Shown in pieces: positions 55,897-64,000 of a DNA stretch of 64,000 nt (its first letter is position 1; every line of letters begins with the position of its first letter). This DNA comes from a virus. Below the pieces are notes generated by a model. That model had not been told where the DNA came from and did no database searches. It saw nothing but the letters and a program-made list of their open reading frames with translations. Location: the IMG/VR virus record IMGVR_UViG_3300024348_000008, one strand, 5' to 3'. A program made the translations under genes and the position numbers.

Positions 55897-57318
55897 ATGT
55901 TTGATTTTACTAATTACATAACAGAAGCCAAAGAAGATGGCCAAAAACTGTCAGTTATAATCTTAGCTAATTCTTTAGATGAAGGATCAGCAGCAAAGGT
56001 TATGGCTGATGTGTGTTCATTTAATGATATATCGTGCAATTTGATTGATATCGATAAAGCATATTTAGGTGATGCAGATATTGAATTAAGAAAGGTTGAT
56101 ATACGTAATATTGACGGCGAAGGTAAAAAGCTTACTTGTAATATAGATTCCACAATTGTATTTACAAGAGCCGGAGCAATTGCAACTCAAGTTGGTCAAG
56201 CCTTAATATCTACGCTTCAAACCGTTGGATTCTTTATGGTAAATGATCTTGAATCTATGATATTATGTGATAATAAAATGGCAACTACAATTGCTATGAA
56301 TAGATCAAACGTAAAAACTCCACGAACAGTTATATTAAATAATGAAGAAAGTATAGAATATGCACACAATCAAATTGGTAGTAAATTTCCGGTTATTGTA
56401 AAAACATTAACAGGAACACAAGGTATTGGTGTTACTAAAGTCGATTCAATGAGCTCATTAATTTCTGTATGTCAATCATTATGGAAATTTGAAGCACAAT
56501 TATTAATGCAAGAATTTTTAAATATAGATTATGATATTAGAACTCTTGTAGTAGACGGAAAAATACTTGGATCGACAAAACGAATTACTGAAAAAGGTTC
56601 AGAGTTTAGGTCAAATATTCATCAAGGTGCAAATACTGTACCATATGTTTTAAAAGATAAAGAAATAAAAACAATTACTGCTGCAGCAAGGGTAAGTAGC
56701 GGTTATTATGTAGGCGTTGATCATTGTATTATCGATGGTGAAATTTATATACTTGAAATTAATGGAAGCCCCGGAATCGGATCAAATTATAATGCATATG
56801 ATTTAGTTACTCAAGAATCTTTAGGTAAAAAATCAGATAATAAGGTTTTTGATCACTTTTTAAAATATATACTAGACGAAAATAATAGAACAAAATTCAT
56901 GAGAATAGAATCTGGTTATATAGAAACTATTATTTTAGAAGGTTTGGAAAATGATCCAATAAGAGCTAAGCTTGATACTGGTAATGGAACAAGCGCATCG
57001 ATGTTAATGGTTGATGATTTAAAAATAAAAGATAAAACGGTGTTTTGGAAAAAGAATGGTAAGAAATTTGAATCTAAACTTTTAGGTATATCAAGAGCTA
57101 AACATATGGAAACTGTTGATGAAAGACCTATCATTGAACATAATATAATATTTAATAATAGACCTTATTTAATACATTTAGGGCTATCACTTAAAAACAC
57201 GGCATCAGAAATGTTGTGTAATAGAGATTTAATAACACTTTTTGGTGTAGCAATAAATCCAATGAAAAGGTTTGCATTAACACCATACACGGCAAGAAAT
57301 GACAAAAATGATCTTTAA
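55897..57318 (+). CDS. RimK-family ATP-grasp ligase fused to a retropepsin-like (RimB-like) protease domain
   Basis: DNK..T, PVIVK...GTQGIGV, QEFL, DIR, FRSN, GVD, LEINGSPG; C-terminal RAKLDTG; late TATAAATA upstream. Confidence 0.88.
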   Translation: MFDFTNYITEAKEDGQKLSVIILANSLDEGSAAKVMADVCSFNDISCNLIDIDKAYLGDADIELRKVDIRNIDGEGKKLTCNIDSTIVFTRAGAIATQVGQALISTLQTVGFFMVNDLESMILCDNKMATTIAMNRSNVKTPRTVILNNEESIEYAHNQIGSKFPVIVKTLTGTQGIGVTKVDSMSSLISVCQSLWKFEAQLLMQEFLNIDYDIRTLVVDGKILGSTKRITEKGSEFRSNIHQGANTVPYVLKDKEIKTITAAARVSSGYYVGVDHCIIDGEIYILEINGSPGIGSNYNAYDLVTQESLGKKSDNKVFDHFLKYILDENNRTKFMRIESGYIETIILEGLENDPIRAKLDTGNGTSASMLMVDDLKIKDKTVFWKKNGKKFESKLLGISRAKHMETVDERPIIEHNIIFNNRPYLIHLGLSLKNTASEMLCNRDLITLFGVAINPMKRFALTPYTARNDKNDL

Positions 57319-57325
57319 ATTGACT

Positions 57326-57448
57326 ATGCCAAAAAAGCATGAAATTAAGGTAAGGAAAATAATTCCTATATCTAGTCGTACTCGTGTGGAAAAAGATAAA
57401 ACTAAAGCCATACCACGTCGTGCCAAATATAAAAATATAGAGGAATAG
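57326..57448 (+). CDS. small basic peptide, ArfA-like (not in ORF track)
   Basis: MPKKHEIKVRKIIPISSRTRVEKDKTKAIPRRAKYKNIEE*; fills the intergenic gap. Confidence 0.55.
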   Translation: MPKKHEIKVRKIIPISSRTRVEKDKTKAIPRRAKYKNIEE

Positions 57449-57450
57449 AC

Positions 57451-57720
57451 ATGTCAGAAATAGACAATTTAGATTTTGATTTTGGATTTACAGCAGTCGA
57501 TGAAAACGAACTAGAAGCAGTACAATCTATAAACAAAACGGCCACAACTGTTACAACAGAATTAGCTGCAGCTGAGGCCAAACTGGGCAAGTTATATAAT
57601 GCAATATTACCATTGCTATCTAACTTAAAGAAAAATCCTGAAAAGGAGTATATTCTCTGGCCAAATCGTACAGAGAAGATAGAACAATTTGAAGATGTTA
57701 TTGCTAACATTATAAAGTAA
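57451..57720 (+). CDS. conserved hypothetical protein
   Basis: FDFGFTAVDE.EL...PLL.NLKKNPEKEYI.WPNR. Confidence 0.8.
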   Translation: MSEIDNLDFDFGFTAVDENELEAVQSINKTATTVTTELAAAEAKLGKLYNAILPLLSNLKKNPEKEYILWPNRTEKIEQFEDVIANIIK

Positions 57721-57731
57721 AGGACAAATAA

Positions 57732-58172
57732 ATGAATATTAATGAATTACGTGAAACGCTAAAAATAGATGAAGGGCAAATAAATGAAATCTATAACGAT
57801 CATCTCGGCTATGCTACTTTTGGCATCGGTCATTTGGTTATTGATGGTGATCAAGAAAAAGGTCAACCGGTGGGCACTGAAGTTACCGAAGAACGCGTTT
57901 ATGAAGTTTTTGAGAAGGATGTACAAACGGTAATTGCCGATTGTGAAAAACTACATGAAGGATGGGATACTTATCCTGAAGAAGTTCAACAAGTAATCGC
58001 AAACATGATGTTTAATATGGGTTATACTCGGCTTTCAAAATTTAAAAAACACAATGCAGCGCTTCAATGCGGTGATTGGAAAACAGCAGCTATCGAAGGA
58101 AGAGATTCTAGATGGCATTTACAAGTTACAAATAGAGCAGAAAGGCTAATGTCTAGGCTTGAAAATGTATAA
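57732..58172 (+). CDS. T4-type lysozyme (GH24) endolysin
   Basis: LKIDEG...Y.DHLGYATFGIGHL, NMMFNMG, SRW..Q..NRA.R. Confidence 0.93.
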   Translation: MNINELRETLKIDEGQINEIYNDHLGYATFGIGHLVIDGDQEKGQPVGTEVTEERVYEVFEKDVQTVIADCEKLHEGWDTYPEEVQQVIANMMFNMGYTRLSKFKKHNAALQCGDWKTAAIEGRDSRWHLQVTNRAERLMSRLENV

Positions 58173-58196
58173 ATAGTTATTTAAGAGGAAACTAAA

Positions 58197-58448
58197 ATGT
58201 CAGTAACAAGATTAAATGGTTCAGAAGGTAATTTAGCCTCTGCATCAAATGTGGGATTTGCTAAACTAGTAAGAGTATTAAACAATAAAACTACAGTCCA
58301 AGTGATTACTCAAAAAAACGCAGGTGGAACTACACTTGCAACAGTAACTTTAGCAGCTGGTGAAGTTGTACATATAGCTAAAGACGGTACAGATACTTTA
58401 ACAGGAGCTGCTACATCACTAGCTGTTTCTGTGTCATACGCTAACTAG
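58197..58448 (+). CDS. small late protein, possibly structural
   Basis: Late TATAAATA at 58168; Ala/Thr-rich beta-type sequence. Confidence 0.65.
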   Translation: MSVTRLNGSEGNLASASNVGFAKLVRVLNNKTTVQVITQKNAGGTTLATVTLAAGEVVHIAKDGTDTLTGAATSLAVSVSYAN

Positions 58449-58459
58449 TATGATTTATA

Positions 58460-58897
58460 ATGGCCTACTCGCAAAAAGTAATAGACAGATTTAATAATGT
58501 CTTAAATTCTCCGGAGAAATTCTCTGTAGGCCGATTTGACCCTAAACAATCCAATGTAGCAACCGGAATGGCCGGTGCACCAGCGTGCGGAGATGTCATG
58601 CAGCTACAACTGAAATTGAATGACGACGATAAAATAGTCGATGTTAAATTTAAAACATATGGATGTGGTTCAGCTATCGCATCTTCTTCATTATTTGTTG
58701 ATATGCTTATGGGTAAAACCATAGAAGAAGCTAAACTTGTAAAAGACAAGGATATTGCAGAGCAATTAGAGCTACCATCTATCAAAATTCATTGTTCTGT
58801 ATTAGCCGAAGATTCAATTCGAATGGCAATAGAAGATTGGGAAAATAAAAAAGCCCATCGCCAGCACAATGGAGAGTCTTATGATAGAATTAACTGA
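58460..58897 (+). CDS. iscU: Fe-S cluster scaffold IscU
   Basis: GAPACGDVM, FKTYGCGSAIASSS, LPSIKIHCSVLAED. Confidence 0.96.
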   Translation: MAYSQKVIDRFNNVLNSPEKFSVGRFDPKQSNVATGMAGAPACGDVMQLQLKLNDDDKIVDVKFKTYGCGSAIASSSLFVDMLMGKTIEEAKLVKDKDIAEQLELPSIKIHCSVLAEDSIRMAIEDWENKKAHRQHNGESYDRIN

Positions 58898-59198
58898 TAA
58901 AGCAATTGATCAATTTACTAAAAAGACCCAAGATCAAGGAAACGATACTATACGTATAGGATATTATTCTGCCGGTTGTAACGGTTTTAAATATATGCTT
59001 GATTATGCTGACACAGTTCATACTGATGATCATGTAATTGATTATGGTAATTTTCTTATAGTAGTTGAAACTGGTCAATTACACAACTTTTCTGGATTAA
59101 CCTTAGATTATGTTTCAGAAGGTCTTAATTCACAATTTGTATTTCTAAACCCCAATGAATCCACGTCCTGTGGATGCGGAGAATCAGTCTCATTTTAA
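58881..59198 (+). CDS. iscA: IscA/HesB-family Fe-S carrier
   Basis: IELTDKA, GCNGF.Y, NPN...CGCGES. Confidence 0.92.
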   Translation: MIELTDKAIDQFTKKTQDQGNDTIRIGYYSAGCNGFKYMLDYADTVHTDDHVIDYGNFLIVVETGQLHNFSGLTLDYVSEGLNSQFVFLNPNESTSCGCGESVSF

Positions 59199-59217
59199 GC
59201 ATCTAAGATCTCTATTA

Positions 59218-59225
59218 GTATAAAT
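59218..59225 (+). promoter_or_regulatory. late promoter heading the curli-type operon
   Basis: TATAAATA just upstream of ATG 59232. Confidence 0.65.
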
Positions 59226-59231
59226 AGTCCT

Positions 59232-59525
59232 ATGGAAATGTTTGAACTAATAATGGAGGTGGGTGCACCCGTAGCCGGATCCTTGGTTATGGGTTATTTC
59301 ATCTTTTTAATTTTAAAGCAAATCTTAGGTGGTCTTGTTGATTCAATTGCTACTCTAACTATGTTCTGTAAGAGCCTAGAAACAAGAGTAACTACTATGA
59401 ATAATGAGATGATTAAGATAGACTTACTGGTGAGTAGTGCATTAGACCTTACACCTCCTGTAGACAGAGTAGCAAGAGCGTCAAACTTTGTTGAGGATGG
59501 TAAAATAGATGCACGGAGGGATTAA
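59232..59525 (+). CDS. membrane protein (TM plus coiled coil), paralog A
   Basis: GAPVAGSLVMGYFIF. Confidence 0.75.
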   Translation: MEMFELIMEVGAPVAGSLVMGYFIFLILKQILGGLVDSIATLTMFCKSLETRVTTMNNEMIKIDLLVSSALDLTPPVDRVARASNFVEDGKIDARRD

Positions 59526-59845
59526 TGGAAGAAATTGCTATAAGTAATGATCCTACAATAGTCACTCTTATTAATGATTATGGATTTCCAATTGTTCTTG
59601 CAGTTGGAATGGGGTATTTTATATATTATGTATGGCAATTTATATCAAATGAATTAGAACCTCAAATAGAAAAGATGCATTTTCAATTAATTAGGTTAAT
59701 TGATCAGGTCCGAATGCTTGATCAAGATATGATAAGATTACAACAAAAAGTAAATGTTGTACTTGAATATAGAGAGAGACAACAATTCATCGAGGATCTC
59801 GAAGAAAAGAAAGCTCTTATGGAGAAGAAAGAAAATGAAGAATAG
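59525..59845 (+). CDS. membrane protein (TM plus coiled coil), paralog B
   Basis: GFPIVLAVGMGYFIY. Confidence 0.75.
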   Translation: MEEIAISNDPTIVTLINDYGFPIVLAVGMGYFIYYVWQFISNELEPQIEKMHFQLIRLIDQVRMLDQDMIRLQQKVNVVLEYRERQQFIEDLEEKKALMEKKENEE

Positions 59846-60377
59846 AATTTTAAATTATATTAATTGTACAATAGTAATATTGTTTTTTAGTACTGCAGTA
59901 TTAGGAGACGAATTAGTACATAAATTTAAAAGTCCAAGTTTTAATGGAGTAGGTACATCATCTCATTATTTAACAATTGAAAATCAAGAGTTTTCACGAA
60001 GAGAAGCTATAGCAGATGATATAGAATCTGCATTAAAACAGGCACAACGTGATGAAGAAAATACTACTTTGGCCAAATTTATGCGTAATCTTGAAAGTAG
60101 AATATATGCACAATTGAGCAAACAATTAGTAGAAAAGCTTTTCGAAGCTTGTTCACCTGAAGCAGTAGCAGCAGGAACATGTACAGAAACCACATTTGGT
60201 AGTTTTGTATTAGAAGGAAATACAATTACATATCAAAAAACAGTTTGTGATTCAACAATATGGGCTTGTACAACTGGAGATCAAGTTATTGTTATGACAA
60301 TAGTAGCAGAAGATGGCACTGAAACAACAATTGTAATACCAATTGGCGCTGGAACTGCCGGATCTGGCGACGGTTAA
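59835..60377 (+). CDS. csgF: curli assembly protein CsgF-like
   Basis: Signal peptide, then ELVHKFKSPSFNG (CsgF F.NP.FGG-like N-terminus), F..NLESRIY.QLS; adjacent to csgG. Confidence 0.8.
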   Translation: MKNRILNYINCTIVILFFSTAVLGDELVHKFKSPSFNGVGTSSHYLTIENQEFSRREAIADDIESALKQAQRDEENTTLAKFMRNLESRIYAQLSKQLVEKLFEACSPEAVAAGTCTETTFGSFVLEGNTITYQKTVCDSTIWACTTGDQVIVMTIVAEDGTETTIVIPIGAGTAGSGDG

Positions 60378-61345
60378 TGAAGTACTTATTTGGTATATTA
60401 TTAGTTGGATTATTATCTAGCTGTGCATCATTTGTTCCTTTTGAAGGATTAGATGCAACTGGGTGTGTGAAGGGGCTAGCATGTGTTGAAGAACCTGAAA
60501 TAATCAGAATTCCTACACATGATGAATTATTTGGACTACCTCCATCAGATAAAATGCCAATTGTTGCGGTTTATAAATTTAAAGATTTAACAGGACAAAG
60601 GAAACAAAAAGGAGACGTTGCGATGTTCTCTACTGCTGTTTCTCAAGGTGCAGAAACAATGCTAATAGATGCATTAAAAACTGCAGCAGATGGTAAATGG
60701 TTTAGAGTTGTAGAAAGAGTCGGTATAGATTCATTGACTCGCGAACGACAAATAGTTCGTACAACAAGAGAACAATACGGTCAAAAAGATGACACAGGTT
60801 TAGCGCCTTTGCTTTTTGCCGGAATAATTCTTGAAGGAGGTGTCATAGGATTTGACACTAACATCGAGACAGGGGGAAGGGGTGCACGATATCTCGGAAT
60901 TGGTATGTCACAAGCATACAGAAGAGATGTCGTAACCGTTTCCTTACGAGCAGTGAGTACAATGACAGGAGAAATTCTGTTAAATGTACAAGCATCAAAA
61001 ACAATTCTCTCTATTGCGGATGGTTTTGATGTTTTTAAATTCGTGGACATGTCAACCCAACTTGTAGAAATGGAAGATGGAATGACGGAAAACGAATCAG
61101 TGACACGGTCGCTTCGCTCTACAATTGAAGCAGCTGTGTTGGAATTAATATACCAAGGCCACGATAAGAAGTTTTGGGTAATAAAGGATGGGCATCGTCA
61201 TCCCCACGGAGCACACGGGAGAAACGATAAACATTCAATAGTATCTGATGAAGAAACTGAAGAAATTATAACCATTCCAAATGATGGAGTTATAATAGAT
61301 CCAATTCCTTTACCAGATGCATTAAAAGAGGAAATAAGGGGATGA
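60377..61345 (+). CDS. csgG: curli secretion channel CsgG-like lipoprotein
   Basis: LLSS|C lipobox; VAVYKFKDLTGQRK, STAVSQG, WFRVVER, L.RERQI, EGGVIGFD, D.VTVSLR.V. Confidence 0.92.
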   Translation: MKYLFGILLVGLLSSCASFVPFEGLDATGCVKGLACVEEPEIIRIPTHDELFGLPPSDKMPIVAVYKFKDLTGQRKQKGDVAMFSTAVSQGAETMLIDALKTAADGKWFRVVERVGIDSLTRERQIVRTTREQYGQKDDTGLAPLLFAGIILEGGVIGFDTNIETGGRGARYLGIGMSQAYRRDVVTVSLRAVSTMTGEILLNVQASKTILSIADGFDVFKFVDMSTQLVEMEDGMTENESVTRSLRSTIEAAVLELIYQGHDKKFWVIKDGHRHPHGAHGRNDKHSIVSDEETEEIITIPNDGVIIDPIPLPDALKEEIRG

Positions 61346-62076
61346 GAATAGTAAAAAATAAAACTTTAATACTAACAATGCTTTTATTGCTACCTACTAC
61401 TGTGTTTGCTGGAGCTAACGATAATAAAATATTATTAGACCAGGCAGGTGATACACTTAGATTATACATAGACCAAATTGGTTATGGTAATAAGATAGGT
61501 GGAACTATTGTCAGTGGAGATGCAGCAACTGATTGGACATTGACTGGTAATACTGTTACTATGGATATTGACATGATCGGAAATCTTAACCAAATATTTG
61601 GACCTACATTATTTGATTCTACTGATGTTGATTTATCAATAACAGGTAGTTCTAATATATGGGACTGGAACGTAGGTTATGGTGGAAGTGCTGATAGTTC
61701 AGTATTAGATGTAGCAATTGGTGGATCTTCAAACACTTTTGATATAGATTGGGGCTATGCGGCTTCAGCTGAAAGATTGGATTTTGATTTAGACATAACC
61801 GGTGGTTCAAACGTTTGGAATATTGATATTAATGCGGATGATGTTACTTGGAATGTTGATGTTATAGGAAGTTCAAACAGCTTCTTGACAAATCAATTAG
61901 ATGGTTCTGATCATTCATTAACGATGGAGTGGATAGGAAGTAATGGAGATATTGATATTCTTCAAAGTAGTGGAACTTGTGGTGGAAGCATCGCAAATTG
62001 TTTTGGAGTAATAAATGCAGACTTTGATTCAGAAAACGCAATTGTTGACATTAAGCAAAAAGATACTGGCGACTAG
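61342..62076 (+). CDS. secreted curlin-like / beta-solenoid repeat protein
   Basis: Signal peptide; repeats of type I.Q.G..N and I.GSSN...I. Confidence 0.7.
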   Translation: MRIVKNKTLILTMLLLLPTTVFAGANDNKILLDQAGDTLRLYIDQIGYGNKIGGTIVSGDAATDWTLTGNTVTMDIDMIGNLNQIFGPTLFDSTDVDLSITGSSNIWDWNVGYGGSADSSVLDVAIGGSSNTFDIDWGYAASAERLDFDLDITGGSNVWNIDINADDVTWNVDVIGSSNSFLTNQLDGSDHSLTMEWIGSNGDIDILQSSGTCGGSIANCFGVINADFDSENAIVDIKQKDTGD

Positions 62077-63175
62077 TTTACTAGTTCCTACATTATTATT
62101 TGCTGATGATATTGGTGGTATAAGTGAACATAAGGGTAGTGGTGGAATAATACGCCAAAATGGCGATACCGTACTTACTGCCCTTGATGTTTCTATACAA
62201 CCTATGGATCATGTAGAAACGGCTAATGGTCGATTAAAAATCGATTTTTTGGATTCGTCTGAAGTTAGATTAACAGAAAATACTGAAATTACAGTATACG
62301 AATATTATTATAATAAGGCCAACAATGATGGTGGCCTTAAAATGAAAATGATTAGTGGAACAGCGCGTTTTACTACTGGACGTTTAGGTTTAATACCTAA
62401 AGAAAATATAGTAATTGATACTCCCACGGCCACTGTGCAAATTCGCGGGACGGATTTTACTACATCTATAGATGAGTTAGGCAGAAGTTTAGTAATTTTA
62501 TTGCCTGAATCAGAATGTACACTTGATGGTGATTGTTCACCATCTGGTGAAATAAGAGTAATTAACCAAGGAGGAACAGTTACTTTAACTGAAGCATATC
62601 AGGCAACAATGGTGTCAAATTTAGATACAGCACCAGCAGAACCGGTTATACTTGAAAATATAAATTTGAATATGATTGATAATATGTTTATTGTCAATCC
62701 GCCAGCTGAAATAAATGAACAAGCGGAAAATGCAAATTCAGGAAAAGGTGGAGATAGTAATTCTATTCTTGATTTTACTGAACTAGATACAGACTATTTG
62801 GCCGAAGACTATTTGGCCGAAGATGATCTTGAATATAATGAATTAGATATGGATCTATTAGATGTAGATTTCTTACAAGATGTTTTAGTTGCTATTGAAA
62901 CAATAGATATATTAAAAAGGGGAACTAGATCTGCACAAGGAACATCAGAATTTACTGGAACAAAATTAGGATATGATAAAGAAACACAATATAGTTCTAT
63001 TATTGATACTGGAATGGGACAACTTTGGTTCTATAGAGAGGTTAATGCAACGATCTCAGTTAGAGTACCTATAGGATCAAACACAACATTGGAGAGTGAG
63101 AATGAAGGGAAAAGGAATGTTATTACTGTTGGTGATGGCCAGTCTGTCGTTATCATCATTAAGCAGAGCGGATAA
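62015..63175 (+). CDS. FecR-domain secreted protein
   Basis: D.VET.NG...I.F.D.S...L.EN, TPTATVQIRGTDF; acidic linker; exact start uncertain. Confidence 0.85.
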   Translation: MQTLIQKTQLLTLSKKILATSLLVPTLLFADDIGGISEHKGSGGIIRQNGDTVLTALDVSIQPMDHVETANGRLKIDFLDSSEVRLTENTEITVYEYYYNKANNDGGLKMKMISGTARFTTGRLGLIPKENIVIDTPTATVQIRGTDFTTSIDELGRSLVILLPESECTLDGDCSPSGEIRVINQGGTVTLTEAYQATMVSNLDTAPAEPVILENINLNMIDNMFIVNPPAEINEQAENANSGKGGDSNSILDFTELDTDYLAEDYLAEDDLEYNELDMDLLDVDFLQDVLVAIETIDILKRGTRSAQGTSEFTGTKLGYDKETQYSSIIDTGMGQLWFYREVNATISVRVPIGSNTTLESENEGKRNVITVGDGQSVVIIIKQSG

Positions 63176-63929
63176 TACTAATAGTATAATTATAGATCAA
63201 GTCACAGGTAGTAATAACCTAGATCTTACTATAGAACAAATAGGATATAATAATAAGATATTCTTTTCTATAGGTGATATTGATGATACTGTTATTGATA
63301 TGAAACAAGAAGGTAATAATAATGAAATAGGTTGGGCTAATGATTCCCCAAGTTGGGGATCAGGTGCAGGTTGGGGTGGAGATATTGATTTTGATGATCA
63401 TAATCTTAAGCTCTGGCAGAACTGTACTCAGACTACCTGTGCTAAAAATGATATTCAATTTCATATTTCATATGGAGATGATAATAAGGTTTGGTGGGCC
63501 CAAGGATATGAAATCTCTAGTAGAACAGATACTAGTTGGGCAAAAGATACTTATGAAGGTGGTGGGCATAAAGTAACTATTGATGTACATGGAACCAGAA
63601 ATGAAATAGTTGGTCAACAAAGAAATTGCTCAAATAATAATTGTGATGGCCACACAGCACAGATATATATTTACGGAGATGATAATTCTGTCTTCGGTAA
63701 ACAAAAGGCCGATAGCTCTAAAACATTTAATTTACGTATTAATAATGATGATAATACAGTAGATTATTTACAAGATGGAAATGCATCACATGTTGCTAAT
63801 ATTATTTTAGATGGTGCTTATGGAACAGATTTAAATCTAACACAACATGCAGGTTCTGCGCAGTCGTATAGTTTATCACAAAACTGTCAGACTTCTAGCG
63901 GATGTAATATTACAGTTGTACAAGAATAG
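63102..63929 (+). CDS. secreted curlin-like repeat protein
   Basis: Signal peptide; I.Q.G.NN repeats; C-terminal QNC...GC.ITVVQ. Confidence 0.72.
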   Translation: MKGKGMLLLLVMASLSLSSLSRADNTNSIIIDQVTGSNNLDLTIEQIGYNNKIFFSIGDIDDTVIDMKQEGNNNEIGWANDSPSWGSGAGWGGDIDFDDHNLKLWQNCTQTTCAKNDIQFHISYGDDNKVWWAQGYEISSRTDTSWAKDTYEGGGHKVTIDVHGTRNEIVGQQRNCSNNNCDGHTAQIYIYGDDNSVFGKQKADSSKTFNLRINNDDNTVDYLQDGNASHVANIILDGAYGTDLNLTQHAGSAQSYSLSQNCQTSSGCNITVVQE

Positions 63930-63932
63930 GAA

Positions 63933-64000
63933 ATGATAATAACTATGTTAAATGAACTTTGGCAATTTTGTAAAGAACATCCTTTCTGGGCAGGGACTTT
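63933..64000 (+). CDS. ORF start truncated by window edge
   Basis: MIITMLNELWQFCKEHPFWAGT... Confidence 0.4.
   Translation, partial: MIITMLNELWQFCKEHPFWAGT

Noticed and set aside
258-60193. Numerous 60-136 aa minus-strand and alternate-frame ORFs in the ORF track
   Set aside because: They are shadows of well-supported + strand genes, with no SD or promoter and antisense-type composition
62791-62823. 15-bp tandem duplication (DYLAE twice) in the FecR gene
   Set aside because: In-frame slippage in an acidic linker; two units only, not a CRISPR or VNTR system
1-64000. tRNA genes, introns/inteins, stop-codon recoding
   Set aside because: No cloverleaf or T-loop signature found by eye; core genes are full-length and uninterrupted in the standard code

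Overview
A 64-kb, AT-rich (roughly 30% GC by eye) segment of a large T4-like myophage genome, probably marine or aquatic. Almost all genes are on the + strand and use the standard code. From left to right it holds: head genes (gp21 end, gp22, gp23), gp3, uvsY/uvsW, gp55, gp47/46, a vWA-peptidase/CobS-type AAA pair, and the replisome (gp45/44/62, regA, hsp20, gp43, an AEP-like primase, uvsX, gp41). Next come a probable thymidine-hypermodification cluster (dUMP hydroxymethylase, dCMP deaminase, two amino-acid:DNA-transferase-like paralogs, a PLP enzyme, an SGNH-like protein), ribosomal protein bS21, a TorF-type porin and thyX. A long late-expressed array of proteins carries T4 capsid-targeting-like N-termini and includes nuclease-like, ligase-like and nucleotidyltransferase enzymes. 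The right half has ACP/spanins/lipase, nrdAB/glutaredoxin, RNase H, an exonuclease, HAD, SET, a RimK-protease fusion, an ArfA-like peptide, lysozyme, IscU/IscA and a curli-type (CsgF/CsgG/curlin-like/FecR) operon. Regulation is visible as 14 TGTAC(A)-N16/17-TATAAT (extended TGGTATAAT) early promoters, one of them antisense and three in near-identical cassettes, plus T4 late TATAAATA promoters. No tRNA, rRNA or CRISPR array was seen. All calls come from motif recognition by eye; no database searches were run.
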